Below are positions 17,358 through 26,134 of a stretch of DNA of 32,000 nucleotides, piece after piece. This stretch comes from Acaryochloris thomasi RCC1774 (lineage in GTDB: Bacteria; Cyanobacteriota; Cyanobacteriia; Thermosynechococcales; Thermosynechococcaceae): positions 120,001 to 152,000 of the forward strand of contig NZ_PQWO01000014.1 of NCBI RefSeq assembly GCF_003231495.1. Direction: 5' to 3'. Numbering within the stretch: the stretch's first letter is position 1; each line of letters opens with the position of its first letter. A program made the translations under genes and the position numbers. The notes under the pieces are model-generated. The model made no database searches. It worked only from the letters and a program-made list of their open reading frames with translations, and was not told the origin of the DNA.

Positions 17358-17609
17358 ATGAGGATTATTCAGGCGACGTTTCATACGACTGCTAAAACTA
17401 CCGTCCCAGAAGGTTTTCACCTGTTGTCCTTGCCACCAAAGTCACCTGAACTACAACCGGCTGAACGGCTATGAACGATTGCGAACGAAGCAATTGCCAA
17501 TCAGAGTTTCAAGTCTTTGGACCAGTTAGAGGACAGGCTCGCTCATTATTGTCGTGCCTTGATTACTCAGCCTGACTTTGTTCAAGGGCTAACCAACTTC
17601 TATTGGTGA
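17358..17609 (+). pseudogene. 3' relic of an IS630-family transposase gene
   Basis: Translation reads ...PEGFHLLSLPPKSPELQPAERL*TIANEAIANQSFKSLDQLEDRLAHYCRALITQPDFVQGLTNFYW*. It matches the IS630 C-terminal signature LPPYSPELNP.ERLW. The conserved Trp codon is TGA here. Everything upstream of about the last 80 codons is missing. Confidence 0.7.
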
Positions 17610-17637
17610 GAAGGTTCTGTCGCTTAGTTGGCCGTCT

Positions 17638-17919
17638 CTAACCGGATTTCATATAATTGAGTGAAAGTTTGAAACTGTTGCCGCAGTTGTTACAGAGTGC
17701 ATACGAAGTGCCCACTTTGCCTGATTTTTTTGTCCAGTTGCTTCCACATTTGGGGCACTTGCCGACTGAACCTCTGGGGCGTCCCGTGATGGGTTTAGCC
17801 TCAACCGTGAAGGATTTCATCTCACAATCATCGTGAGGGCAAGTATAGCGCTGTGAACCACTGGCGTTGAGTCCTTTCTTTCGGACAGTGCGATCGCAAC
17901 GTGGGCATTTTGCAGTCAT
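17638..17919 (-). CDS. Small double zinc-ribbon protein (transposase-type zinc-ribbon-like)
   Basis: ORF listed from 17943. ATG 17919 has an AGGAGA SD 6 nt upstream. Two CxxC pairs: CPRC...QRYTCPHDDC and CPKC...CNNC. The first resembles the N-terminal Zn-ribbon of IS1/IS1595-type transposases. Confidence 0.6.
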   Translation of the reverse strand: MTAKCPRCDRTVRKKGLNASGSQRYTCPHDDCEMKSFTVEAKPITGRPRGSVGKCPKCGSNWTKKSGKVGTSYALCNNCGNSFKLSLNYMKSG

Positions 17920-17955
17920 TTCAGATCTCCTAGCCAGTACCAATCCTCTGCATAA

Positions 17956-18333
17956 TCAAGTCTGAGAAAAAATTGCCCTTGCTGCCGCCAGTCGTTTCTT
18001 CATCTGAGTGAGCAACTGCTCTGATTCATGGAAGGTATTATTCCCTCGTTTGCTGTTACAACCTTGGCAGATAGCTCTGAGATTGGAGTAGGTGAAAGCT
18101 AGATGAGGATACTTACTCTTAGGCAGGACGTGATCAATCGTGGCTCTATCTGCCCTAGGAATGGTCAATCGTTCCCGCTTGGTCAGATACTTGGTTCGAT
18201 GCATCGTCTTACCGCAGCAAGGGCATGGGGCTAGATGAGCATCATTTAGCAACTGGCATCCCGAGGTATAGCTACCGTCTGGCTTCAGGATTGTGACGGA
18301 ATTAAGATCCCACTTCGGACAGCGCTGGCTCAC
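17956..18333 (-). CDS. HNH endonuclease
   Basis: 125 aa. CPCC...IDHVLPKSKYPHLAFTYSNLRAICQGCNSKRGN is an HNH/His-Me finger with its Cys pairs. The GTG start overlaps the upstream stop (GTGA, 18330-18333). Confidence 0.8.
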   Translation of the reverse strand: MSQRCPKWDLNSVTILKPDGSYTSGCQLLNDAHLAPCPCCGKTMHRTKYLTKRERLTIPRADRATIDHVLPKSKYPHLAFTYSNLRAICQGCNSKRGNNTFHESEQLLTQMKKRLAAARAIFSQT

Positions 18334-18641
18334 TGGTAATTCTCCTGCAATTGATTGAAGCGTTTCTTCATGCGATCAAGGGCGTACTCTGCCTTTTGAA
18401 TGTGAGTCATTCCCGCTGTCTCTTTATCCAACTCCGACCAAACCGCTTGACGGCTAACGTCATTCATCCGAGATGTGTCAAAGGTCGCGGTCAAAAGCTG
18501 CCAGGATTGCCTTACATTTGCCCAGCCACGATTGTTGTATCCCTGTTGGCGAAGTTGCCGCTGTTGGGCTTTAGGTCGTGGATGGAAGGCCTCAGAGTTG
18601 CGCTTCTGCCATTGTCGGTATGAAAGATTGAATATCTTCAC
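18330..18641 (-). CDS. Hypothetical protein (103 aa)
   Basis: ORF with a GTG start overlapping the upstream stop by 1 nt (TAGTG at 18641). Basic, Q/R/W-rich. No family recognised. Confidence 0.5.
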   Translation of the reverse strand: MKIFNLSYRQWQKRNSEAFHPRPKAQQRQLRQQGYNNRGWANVRQSWQLLTATFDTSRMNDVSRQAVWSELDKETAGMTHIQKAEYALDRMKKRFNQLQENYQ

Positions 18642-19174
18642 TAACTCGCCTCTTTAATAAGTTTGGCGTTGGCGGCTTCAGTTGCCTTGGCATGTTTGAC
18701 AACGTATTCTGCATCGATGATTGTGGCTTCTATTTCCTGTAGGTGATCATCGGCATAGACTAGGTTTTCCTCAGCCAGTGTTGCCTTACGCTCTGCATGG
18801 TCAGAATTTCGTATGGCGTTATAAATCTTCCGGCCCAACTGTTCCAGCTTGCTAGGTTTCATCCGTTCGTCTAGCTCTGCATCGAGCTTGTCAGCCTTTA
18901 TCCGAAGCTCTGGATCAGCATTGTCTTTCACCTGCTGCATCTCCGCTTTGAGGTCAGAGATTTGCGATCTCAACTTGTCGTTAGATTTGCGAGTATTGTT
19001 TGCTCCGTGTGCCCTCATTTTCTTAACCAATATGGTGAGATGAGGGACCATTTCTACAGGAGCATTACCAAGGCTCAGAAGCGTATCGTCTTCTAAAGAT
19101 CCCAGGATGGCTAACGCAAAGGTAGTGTCGCGGTTGAGCTGTTTGACAAGTTGCTGACGCTGTTCGGGGTCCAT
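18641..19174 (-). CDS. Hypothetical coiled-coil protein (177 aa)
   Basis: ATG 19174. The central and C-terminal parts are K/E/D/A-rich and helical (LRSQISDLKAEMQQVKDNADPELRIKADKLDAELDERM...). No family recognised. Confidence 0.55.
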   Translation of the reverse strand: MDPEQRQQLVKQLNRDTTFALAILGSLEDDTLLSLGNAPVEMVPHLTILVKKMRAHGANNTRKSNDKLRSQISDLKAEMQQVKDNADPELRIKADKLDAELDERMKPSKLEQLGRKIYNAIRNSDHAERKATLAEENLVYADDHLQEIEATIIDAEYVVKHAKATEAANAKLIKEAS

Positions 19175-19374
19175 TGATTTGAATTAACTTTGATGTTCCT
19201 AGCGTATCCCGCGACTTTAGAAAAACCGTCAGTGTGAATACGGAACTTTAGTGAGCGGGCCAAAACGGAAAAATGAGGCTCTTGCTTGCCGTAATCAACA
19301 GCCTCCGGTTCTACCGGAGATTGTTGATTCGACATAGAAGACTCTAGTACACCAGTGGTACTGATAGGCTCCAC
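19111..19374 (-). CDS. Hypothetical small protein, first ORF of the cassette (possible ribbon-helix-helix)
   Basis: 87-aa ORF; an internal start at MSNQQ is possible. The segment SLKFRIHTDGFSKVAGYARN has a strand-then-helix pattern reminiscent of RHH proteins. The last 64 nt overlap the next ORF in another frame. Confidence 0.3.
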   Translation of the reverse strand: MEPISTTGVLESSMSNQQSPVEPEAVDYGKQEPHFSVLARSLKFRIHTDGFSKVAGYARNIKVNSNQWTPNSVSNLSNSSTATLPLR

Positions 19375-19418
19375 ATCAATGGATCACGCCCTTTGCTTTT
19401 GATAGAAGCAGTCGTAGC

Positions 19419-20192
19419 TCACGTCCATATAAAGCGATAGCCGACATCCAACTGCTTTTGTCTGCGTAACGCTCCATATCGTCGGTCCCACGCTCCGCTT
19501 TCAAGATCGGCCTTTAAACTCGCCATGCCCCGCTGACGTTCTTCCACAGCCATTTTCGCAAATGATGAAATTCCATTTCGAATGTCAACCTCTAGATAAA
19601 GTTCTGGCCGTGACCATCCAACGGCGGCAAAGGAATCTGACAGGTCACGGGGCAAGGGAAAAGGATGCACGGAAACAGCTTGACCTGTAATCGACTCAAT
19701 ATCAGACACCAAAGCTGGAATGGTCAGAAACGTAGCCTGAACATCTGGAATCAGAGACGGAAAGTATTCCGTTAGCCAGAAATTTGCGATCGCATCCGGA
19801 TCATAGGTAAACAAGATCAGTTGACCGTCCCCGATCACACGGCAAATTTCCTTCAGTGCTTGTCGATGGTCTTGAAAGTGATGGAACGCCAGCATGACAA
19901 TTGCTGCATCGGCTGATTGATCCGCGAGGGGCAGATTCTCAGCAAACGCATCTATCCATTGAATATTAGGATTTGCGATCGCTTGGTTCCTCATCATGGC
20001 TGCAGGCTCTACAGCAAGAACATAGTGCCCTTTCTCTGCCAGAGCCTGTGAATAGGAGCCAGTACCTGCACCAATATCAACAATGGTGGAACCTAGGGGA
20101 CATCTCAAAACCTCAAATAGTTTTTCTACAATCCGAGGATCACGTTTTCTCGTTCGGGCGTAGTTTTGACCAATGGCGTCGTAAAGTGTCAT
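19419..20192 (-). CDS. Class I SAM-dependent methyltransferase
   Basis: ORF listed from 20210; ATG 20192 gives MTLYDAIGQNYARTRK. Motif I is IVDIGAGTGSYSQALAEKG, followed by a post-I acidic residue (LAVEP). Confidence 0.8.
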   Translation of the reverse strand: MTLYDAIGQNYARTRKRDPRIVEKLFEVLRCPLGSTIVDIGAGTGSYSQALAEKGHYVLAVEPAAMMRNQAIANPNIQWIDAFAENLPLADQSADAAIVMLAFHHFQDHRQALKEICRVIGDGQLILFTYDPDAIANFWLTEYFPSLIPDVQATFLTIPALVSDIESITGQAVSVHPFPLPRDLSDSFAAVGWSRPELYLEVDIRNGISSFAKMAVEERQRGMASLKADLESGAWDRRYGALRRQKQLDVGYRFIWT

Positions 20193-20272
20193 CCTATTGC
20201 CGCTACACACTGAGTAAAAGATAAGACAATTGACTGTGCAGAAGCATTTCTGACGTCATTGAGCGCTTCACC

Positions 20273-20875
20273 ATGTATAAGCTTTACGAATTTCCGTCAT
20301 CTGGGAACTGCTACAAATTGCGGCTTGCAATGTCACAGTTGAATGTTGATTATGAGCGCATCCCGATAGACGTTACTCGGGGCGAATCTCGTACAGAAGC
20401 ATTCCTGCGCATCAATCCGAATGGTCGAGTTCCTGTACTACAGGTATCAGAGGGTGTTTCCCTTCCCGAATCTAACGCGGCTCTGTGGTACCTCGCTTGT
20501 GATACGCCACTTTGTCCTACGTCAAAACTAGAACAGGCGCAAGTGCTGCAGTGGATGTTTTTTGAACAATACAGTCACGAGCCATTTATCGCGACATCAC
20601 GCTATTGGATCTCCATTCTCAAAGCTGCTGATGCTTATAGAGAACAACTTGAAGAGAAGCGTCCTAAGGGTTATGCCGCCTTAGATGTGATGGAGCAACA
20701 TCTGGCACACAACTCATTTTTTGTTGGTGACGCATACTCAATTGCTGATATTGCTCTCTATGGTTATACACATGTCGCTCACGAGGGCGGCTTTGATCTG
20801 CAGGCATATCCCGCTATACGAGGATGGCTTGAGCGGATTTTGCGATCGCAAAACTACATCCCCATCAGTCACTAA
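20273..20875 (+). CDS. Glutathione S-transferase family protein
   Basis: 200 aa. N-terminal thioredoxin-like part (KLYEFPSSGNCYKLRLAM...INPNGRVPVLQV..LPESNAALWYL) and a helical C-terminal domain. Confidence 0.8.
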   Translation: MYKLYEFPSSGNCYKLRLAMSQLNVDYERIPIDVTRGESRTEAFLRINPNGRVPVLQVSEGVSLPESNAALWYLACDTPLCPTSKLEQAQVLQWMFFEQYSHEPFIATSRYWISILKAADAYREQLEEKRPKGYAALDVMEQHLAHNSFFVGDAYSIADIALYGYTHVAHEGGFDLQAYPAIRGWLERILRSQNYIPISH

Positions 20876-21021
20876 CCCAATACAAAGTTTGACGACTGAC
20901 TCTGCAATCAAAGAAATCTACATCGATAGACTCACGCTTAAACCGAATGGGCGAATCTAGTTCGCTGCGTCGGTTAGAGTAGGGTAATCTGCTACAATTC
21001 TTAAGGATTCTATAAGGTTTT

Positions 21022-22062
21022 ATGTTCATGGAATCAAACCGCGCTCGGATTGCCATTGATGCGATGGGAGGCGACCACGCACCCGATGAAGTTGTAGCCG
21101 GGGCCTTGCTTGCCCAAGCCGAGCTAGATGTTGAAGTCCTGCTTGTCGGTAACCCTGAACTGATTGAAGCCTCGGTTAAGGAGAACGGCGGGTCTCTTGA
21201 CTCCGTGAAGATTGTGCCAGCAGAAGGCATGATTGAGATGACCGAAGAGCCCTTGAGCGCGCTGCGTAAGAAGCGAAAAGCCTCTATTAACGTCGCCATG
21301 AACCTAGTTAAAAAAGGTGAGGCAGACGCGGTTGTTTCCGCAGGACATTCTGGCGCTGCAATGGCAGCGGCTCTTCTGCGCCTGGGACGACTGCCTGGTA
21401 TTGACCGACCCGCGATTGGTGCCGTTTTCCCAACATTGATTGCCGGGAAGCAGGTGCTGGTTTTAGACGTCGGTGCCAACGTCGATTGCCGACCCAATTT
21501 CCTCGATCAATTTGCCACAATGGGGTCTATCTACAGCCAGGATGTCCTTGGCACTGAGTCTCCCAAAGTGGGTCTCCTCAACATTGGCGAAGAACCCAAT
21601 AAAGGCAACGAAGCCTCGGTTCAGACCTATCCTTTACTAGAGCGTAATCCCAACATCAACTTTGTGGGTAATGCCGAAGGACGTGACGTTCTTTCCGGTC
21701 AGTTTGACGTGATTGTCTGCGACGGGTTTACCGGCAACGTACTGCTGAAGTTTGCCGAAGCCGTCGGCGGTGTGGCCCTCCAAATTATCAAAGAAGAGCT
21801 GCCGCGCGGTGTGCGAGGCAAAGTGGGTGCTGTTGTCTTGAAGCCCAATCTGCTCAACATCAAGCAGCGCATGGATCATGCTGAACATGGTGGTGGTCTA
21901 TTGCTGGGTGTTGCAGGCGTCTGTATTATTAGCCACGGCAGTTCGAAAGCGCCGTCTATTTTTAACGCCATTCGTCTTGCAAAAGAAGCGGCAGACCATC
22001 AGGTTTCCGATCGGATTCGGTCCTGCTATCAACAGACAGTTGCAGTCGCAAACGGAGAATAG
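21022..22062 (+). CDS. plsX: Phosphate acyltransferase PlsX
   Basis: 346 aa. RIAIDAMGGDHAP, VSAGHSGAAMAAAL, DGFTGNVLLK. Immediately followed by fabH. Confidence 0.92.
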   Translation: MFMESNRARIAIDAMGGDHAPDEVVAGALLAQAELDVEVLLVGNPELIEASVKENGGSLDSVKIVPAEGMIEMTEEPLSALRKKRKASINVAMNLVKKGEADAVVSAGHSGAAMAAALLRLGRLPGIDRPAIGAVFPTLIAGKQVLVLDVGANVDCRPNFLDQFATMGSIYSQDVLGTESPKVGLLNIGEEPNKGNEASVQTYPLLERNPNINFVGNAEGRDVLSGQFDVIVCDGFTGNVLLKFAEAVGGVALQIIKEELPRGVRGKVGAVVLKPNLLNIKQRMDHAEHGGGLLLGVAGVCIISHGSSKAPSIFNAIRLAKEAADHQVSDRIRSCYQQTVAVANGE

Positions 22063-22064
22063 CT

Positions 22065-23060
22065 GTGCAGAATTTGGCTTCTGGGCTGGCAATCACTGGC
22101 TGCGGCTCTGCGGTGCCAGCCGCCTCTTTAAATAATCATGGCCTCAGTGAGATTGTAGAAACGTCAGATGAATGGATTGCCTCTCGCACCGGCATTCGGT
22201 CGCGCCATTTGGCAAGCCCCCAAGAGTCGCTTGTTGATATTGCGGTGGAAGCTTCTCGAGGTGCGATCGCATCTGCCAAAATCAACCCTGAAGATTTAGA
22301 CCTAATTATTCTGGCGACCTCCACCCCAGACGACTTATTTGGCACTGCCGGAAAGATTCAAATTCAGTTGGGGGCTAAGCGAGCCGTAGCCTTTGACCTG
22401 ACGGCTGCCTGTTCTGGATTTGTGTTTGGCATGGTGACCGCGGCCCAGTTTATCCGTACCGGTGTCTATCGAAATGTGCTGCTGATTGGCGCTGACATTC
22501 TTTCGCGCTGGGTTGACTGGAACGATCGCCGTACCTGCATTCTGTTTGGCGACGGAGCGGGTGCTGTTGTTATGCAAGCCAATGAACAGGATCATCTCTT
22601 GGGTTTTATGCTCCAGAGCGACGGCACCAAGCACGACCAGCTCAACTTAGCCTATCAGCCTGAAGCTAAACCTCTAGCAAATCTCACCATTGGTCAAGGT
22701 GGGTTCGCCCCAATCACAATGAATGGTCAAGAGATCTATCGGTTCGCAGTCAAACGAGTCCCTGAAGTGATTGGCAAAGCTCTGTTTCATGCCGGCTGCA
22801 CAGTGGAAGATATTGACTGGCTTGTCATGCACCAAGCCAATCAGCGCATTCTTGATGCCGTTGCCCAACGCCTTAAGCTTCCGGCGGAGAAGGTGGTCAG
22901 CAACATGGCTGAACATGGCAATACTTCCGCAGCTTCTATTCCATTAGCCCTAGACGCTGAAATTCGAGAAGGTCGGATCAAAGTCGGAGACAAGATTGCC
23001 GCAGCGGGTTTCGGTGCGGGTCTGAGTTGGGGAGCAACCATTTTTGAATGGGGCCGCTGA
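22065..23060 (+). CDS. fabH: Beta-ketoacyl-ACP synthase III
   Basis: 331 aa, GTG start. TSDEWIASRTGI, active-site AACSGF, HQANQRI, GNTSAASIP, AGFGAGLSWGA. Confidence 0.92.
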   Translation: MQNLASGLAITGCGSAVPAASLNNHGLSEIVETSDEWIASRTGIRSRHLASPQESLVDIAVEASRGAIASAKINPEDLDLIILATSTPDDLFGTAGKIQIQLGAKRAVAFDLTAACSGFVFGMVTAAQFIRTGVYRNVLLIGADILSRWVDWNDRRTCILFGDGAGAVVMQANEQDHLLGFMLQSDGTKHDQLNLAYQPEAKPLANLTIGQGGFAPITMNGQEIYRFAVKRVPEVIGKALFHAGCTVEDIDWLVMHQANQRILDAVAQRLKLPAEKVVSNMAEHGNTSAASIPLALDAEIREGRIKVGDKIAAAGFGAGLSWGATIFEWGR

Positions 23061-23112
23061 ATTAATTTTCTCGGTGATTTTACGCAGGTTCTCACGCTAG
23101 ACCACTGCTAGG

Positions 23113-23442
23113 ATGGCGCTAACTCGGGTAAAAACAACTATCCTTAGCCATGACGCTGCCTTGACAACCGCCATGCTCAAAACTTTTAAGAAGACGCTGT
23201 ACCGCATCAATCCTCGCTTTCCTGAAGACGTGCAGTTCGCCAAGCGCATTGTGCGCAAGCAGATAGCACTGCTCAGTAAAGGAGAAAAGGTCGATCAGGT
23301 TGCACCACAGCTGCTAGACGGCTTGCAGCCTTTGCAACAGCGCGGATACTCCCAGCTCCATATTCAGGTCATCTGTGCTGAGGCGATTCAGCACTTGCTG
23401 ATCGAGAAGGTTTTGCGCGAACAGAAAGCGATACTAACTTAA
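23113..23442 (+). CDS. Hypothetical protein (109 aa)
   Basis: ORF with an ATG start and helical-looking sequence. No family recognised. Confidence 0.45.
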   Translation: MALTRVKTTILSHDAALTTAMLKTFKKTLYRINPRFPEDVQFAKRIVRKQIALLSKGEKVDQVAPQLLDGLQPLQQRGYSQLHIQVICAEAIQHLLIEKVLREQKAILT

Positions 23443-23584
23443 CGCTCTGCAGCAGATAGCAATCGAGCGGCTGGCTGAGACACCAGACCTTTATCCAAAG
23501 CGAGTTTCAGTCGCTAAATGTCTGAACCAATACCTCTCTCGCGATATGTCAAGATGAGTGGGTTAACGCCATTAGCAATTGCCC

Positions 23585-24028
23585 ATGCTCCATTTCGAGA
23601 AATCTTGCCTAGTTGACGCCCCCGTAGAGACCGTCTGGCAATTTCATGAGCGCCCCGATATTCTTAATTTGTTAACGCCACCCTGGCAGCCCGTTCAGAT
23701 TGTCCGTCGTCAAGGCGGGCTAGAGGTGGGAGCGCTCTCAGAGTTCCGACTTTGGATTGGGCCTATTCCTGTGCAGTGGATCTCTATTCATACGAGCTGT
23801 GATATTAATCAGCAGTTTACCGATGAGCAAGAAGTCGGTCCCATGAGTAGCTGGAAACATCGCCATCAGTTTGAGGCCCAAGGATCACAGACGCGCCTGA
23901 CAGACGCCATTGACTTTGAAATTCCAGGGGAGTCGCTAGCCGAGATGCTGCTGGGCGAATGGGTGAAGTCCCGACTCAACGATATGTTTGCCTACCGACA
24001 TCAGGTTACGCAGGAGCGGTGCATTTAG
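23585..24028 (+). CDS. SRPBCC (START/cyclase-dehydrase-like) family protein
   Basis: ORF listed from TTG 23579; ATG at 23585. VDAPVETVWQFHERPDILNLLTPPWQPVQIV...WKHRHQFE is typical of the small SRPBCC proteins often found fused to or next to epimerases. Confidence 0.7.
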   Translation: MLHFEKSCLVDAPVETVWQFHERPDILNLLTPPWQPVQIVRRQGGLEVGALSEFRLWIGPIPVQWISIHTSCDINQQFTDEQEVGPMSSWKHRHQFEAQGSQTRLTDAIDFEIPGESLAEMLLGEWVKSRLNDMFAYRHQVTQERCI

Positions 24029-24299
24029 GCTCTGTTGCAACTGGCGGCACCTGTGATGGGGTTCTGTTGCGTTAACTTTCCAGGGCGCAAGAATGAGAGC
24101 TTAACCCTGATTTTTTAGACAGAAATCCCAAAGTTCTCCGAAATGAAGTGATTCTGAGAACGAAGGTCTCCTTTCTCAATACCGACGATCTGACCCTTAC
24201 GAATCGCATTCATCGTCTTATTTCCTGGAACGGAGTGTCCACTCTTTCGAGACAAGGTCACTTCAGACACAACTCATCATAGAGACAACATCACCCAAC
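24028..24299 (-). mobile_element. Right-end fragment of an IS6-family element (IR-like motifs plus transposase C-terminal relic)
   Basis: Minus strand 24262..24115: VSEVTLSRKSGHSVPGNKTMNAIRKGQIVGIEKGDLRSQNHFISENFGISV*, matching the IS6 transposase C-terminus (..M.MIRKGQ..G.EKG...FI...FG). IR-like GGCTCTGTTGCAAC at 24028-24041 (compare IS26 GGCACTGTTGCAAA). A second IR-like, GGGGTTCTGTTGCG, at 24057-24070. Confidence 0.6.
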
Positions 24300-25259
24300 C
24301 TAAGAAGTGGTCTCGTGCCGCTCGTAGGCATCAATAATCTTTTCTACAAGAGGATGGCGAACCACGTCGGCTTTAGTCAGGTTGCAGAAGGCAATACCGT
24401 CAATGTTAGAGAGGATTCTTTGAGCCACAGCCAGTCCTGAAGCTTGGTGACTGGGTAAGTCAGTTTGCGTGACATCTCCGGTGACCACCAGCCGTGACTT
24501 GTTCCCGAGGCGCGTCAGCATCATTTTCATTTGGCCTGGAGTGGTATTTTGAGCCTCATCTAAAATCACAAAGGCATGGCTGAGGGTCCGACCTCGCATA
24601 TAGGCCAAAGGAGCGACCTCAATAATGCCCCGCTCCATGAGACTCGTCACGCGCTCTGGCTCCACCAAAGCATGAAGGGCATCGTAGAGCGGTCGAAGAT
24701 AGGGATTGACCTTTTCTTGCAAATCTCCAGGTAGGAAGCCTAAGCGCTCACCCGCTTCAATGGCCGGTCGGGTCAGAATTAAGCGCTCATATTCATTGGA
24801 TAAAAGCGCCTGCACTGCCAGAATTGCAGCTAAAAAAGTTTTACCCGTTCCGGCTGGCCCAATACCAAAGGTCAAAGAATGGGTGCGGATGGCTTTAACA
24901 TACTGACGCTGACGAAAAGTTTTTGCTCGAATGTCTTCACCACGCCGGGTCCGAGCCAGCACATCTTTCTGCAAATCTTTCCAGTTATCTTTCTGGTTTG
25001 TATTGAGAGCGTGGCGGGCCGTGAGGATATCAACCTCAGTTACTTCTCGCTCTGCCTGCCAAAGATCGCTGAGCATGGTGATCAGCTGCTGGCAAATCTG
25101 GACCTGAGTTTCAGTGCCGCTGATCAGCAAATCTTGCCCGCGAAGAACGAGCTGCGCGCCTGTCTGCCGGGCCAGCACTTTGATATTGTGTTCCTGTTCG
25201 CCTGCAAATGCGATCGCACTATCTGACGTCGGGAACGAAATCGTAAGAGTTTCAGCCAT
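24300..25259 (-). CDS. phoH: PhoH family ATPase
   Basis: 319 aa. Walker A GIGPAGTGKTFLA, Walker B FVILDEAQN, LVVTGDVTQTDLP. Confidence 0.9.
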   Translation of the reverse strand: MAETLTISFPTSDSAIAFAGEQEHNIKVLARQTGAQLVLRGQDLLISGTETQVQICQQLITMLSDLWQAEREVTEVDILTARHALNTNQKDNWKDLQKDVLARTRRGEDIRAKTFRQRQYVKAIRTHSLTFGIGPAGTGKTFLAAILAVQALLSNEYERLILTRPAIEAGERLGFLPGDLQEKVNPYLRPLYDALHALVEPERVTSLMERGIIEVAPLAYMRGRTLSHAFVILDEAQNTTPGQMKMMLTRLGNKSRLVVTGDVTQTDLPSHQASGLAVAQRILSNIDGIAFCNLTKADVVRHPLVEKIIDAYERHETTS

Positions 25260-25329
25260 AACGGCATAAAAAAATAGATAAAGCTACCGTTGAGAGAGCT
25301 TCCGACTCACCGCCGCAACTGCTATTCCG

Positions 25330-25719
25330 TTAGTCCTCTGAGACTTGCTCGCTTCGCTTCACCGGTTTCGGCACTGGCTTTTTGGGACCATCACCACTTC
25401 GTCGGCTACTGCTGCGCCGACCACCGCCGCGAGAATCCTGTGAGGTCTGACTGCCGAACACCTCAAGATGGACAGATTGATCCGCTAGCTTGCCCGCTGT
25501 TTCTACCACGGAGCGCATCGCCTGGATGGTCCGTCCATTGCGCCCAAAGACATGACCCTTATCAGAATCAGCAAAGGCAAGACGCACCCAGATTTTGCCG
25601 TTGGCATAGGTCTCACAGTGAATGCTCAGCTTGTCTGGCTCTTCTAGGAACGGCGTCACTAAAAAGCGAACAAGTTCGGCATAGTCTGATTGCGGACTCG
25701 TCACATGCACTCCCGACAC
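25330..25719 (-). CDS. KH-domain RNA-binding protein (KhpA/YlqC-like) with Arg/Gly/Ser-rich C-terminal tail
   Basis: GTG start overlaps the rpsP stop by 1 nt. KH core DKGHVFGRNGRTIQAMRSVV. Canonical position downstream of rpsP. Confidence 0.8.
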   Translation of the reverse strand: MSGVHVTSPQSDYAELVRFLVTPFLEEPDKLSIHCETYANGKIWVRLAFADSDKGHVFGRNGRTIQAMRSVVETAGKLADQSVHLEVFGSQTSQDSRGGGRRSSSRRSGDGPKKPVPKPVKRSEQVSED

Positions 25720-25970
25720 TATTGGGCTTTCATTTGCTCAAAAACGTTAGCTTTTTCTAAAATCCGACGTACGGTGTCAGTGGGCTGGGCACCCTGCTGG
25801 AGACGCTTGATAATCCCATCCACGCGCAGTCGCGTTTCGTTGGCAATGGGGTTGTAATAGCCCAACTCTTCAAGGGGACGGCCATCACGGCGACTACGAC
25901 TGTCAATCGCCACAATGCGATAGCTTGCAGCGCGCTTCTTACCGTATCGCTTTAGTCTGAGTTTGATCAT
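25719..25970 (-). CDS. rpsP: 30S ribosomal protein S16
   Basis: ORF listed from 26018; ATG 25970 gives the canonical [21 protein letters not shown]...GYYNP. Confidence 0.92.
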   Translation of the reverse strand: MIKLRLKRYGKKRAASYRIVAIDSRSRRDGRPLEELGYYNPIANETRLRVDGIIKRLQQGAQPTDTVRRILEKANVFEQMKAQ

Positions 25971-26134
25971 GCTTGGGGTAAAGGATTGTTTTGGATGGCT
26001 ATAGGTCAACCGCACCAAAGGCGCGAGAGGCCGACAACAGTACAGTAAGCAATCATATCACTTCAGTCGGCGCTATTGCCACTTAATGTTAAGCCCAGAA
26101 AGAAGTGAATGTCATGTGCAGCCTGTATTCAGCA

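Noticed and set aside
20865-21497. 210-aa minus-strand ORF overlapping plsX
   Set aside because: It is antisense to the highly conserved PlsX frame. It is a low-complexity Ser/Ala/Arg-rich shadow ORF.
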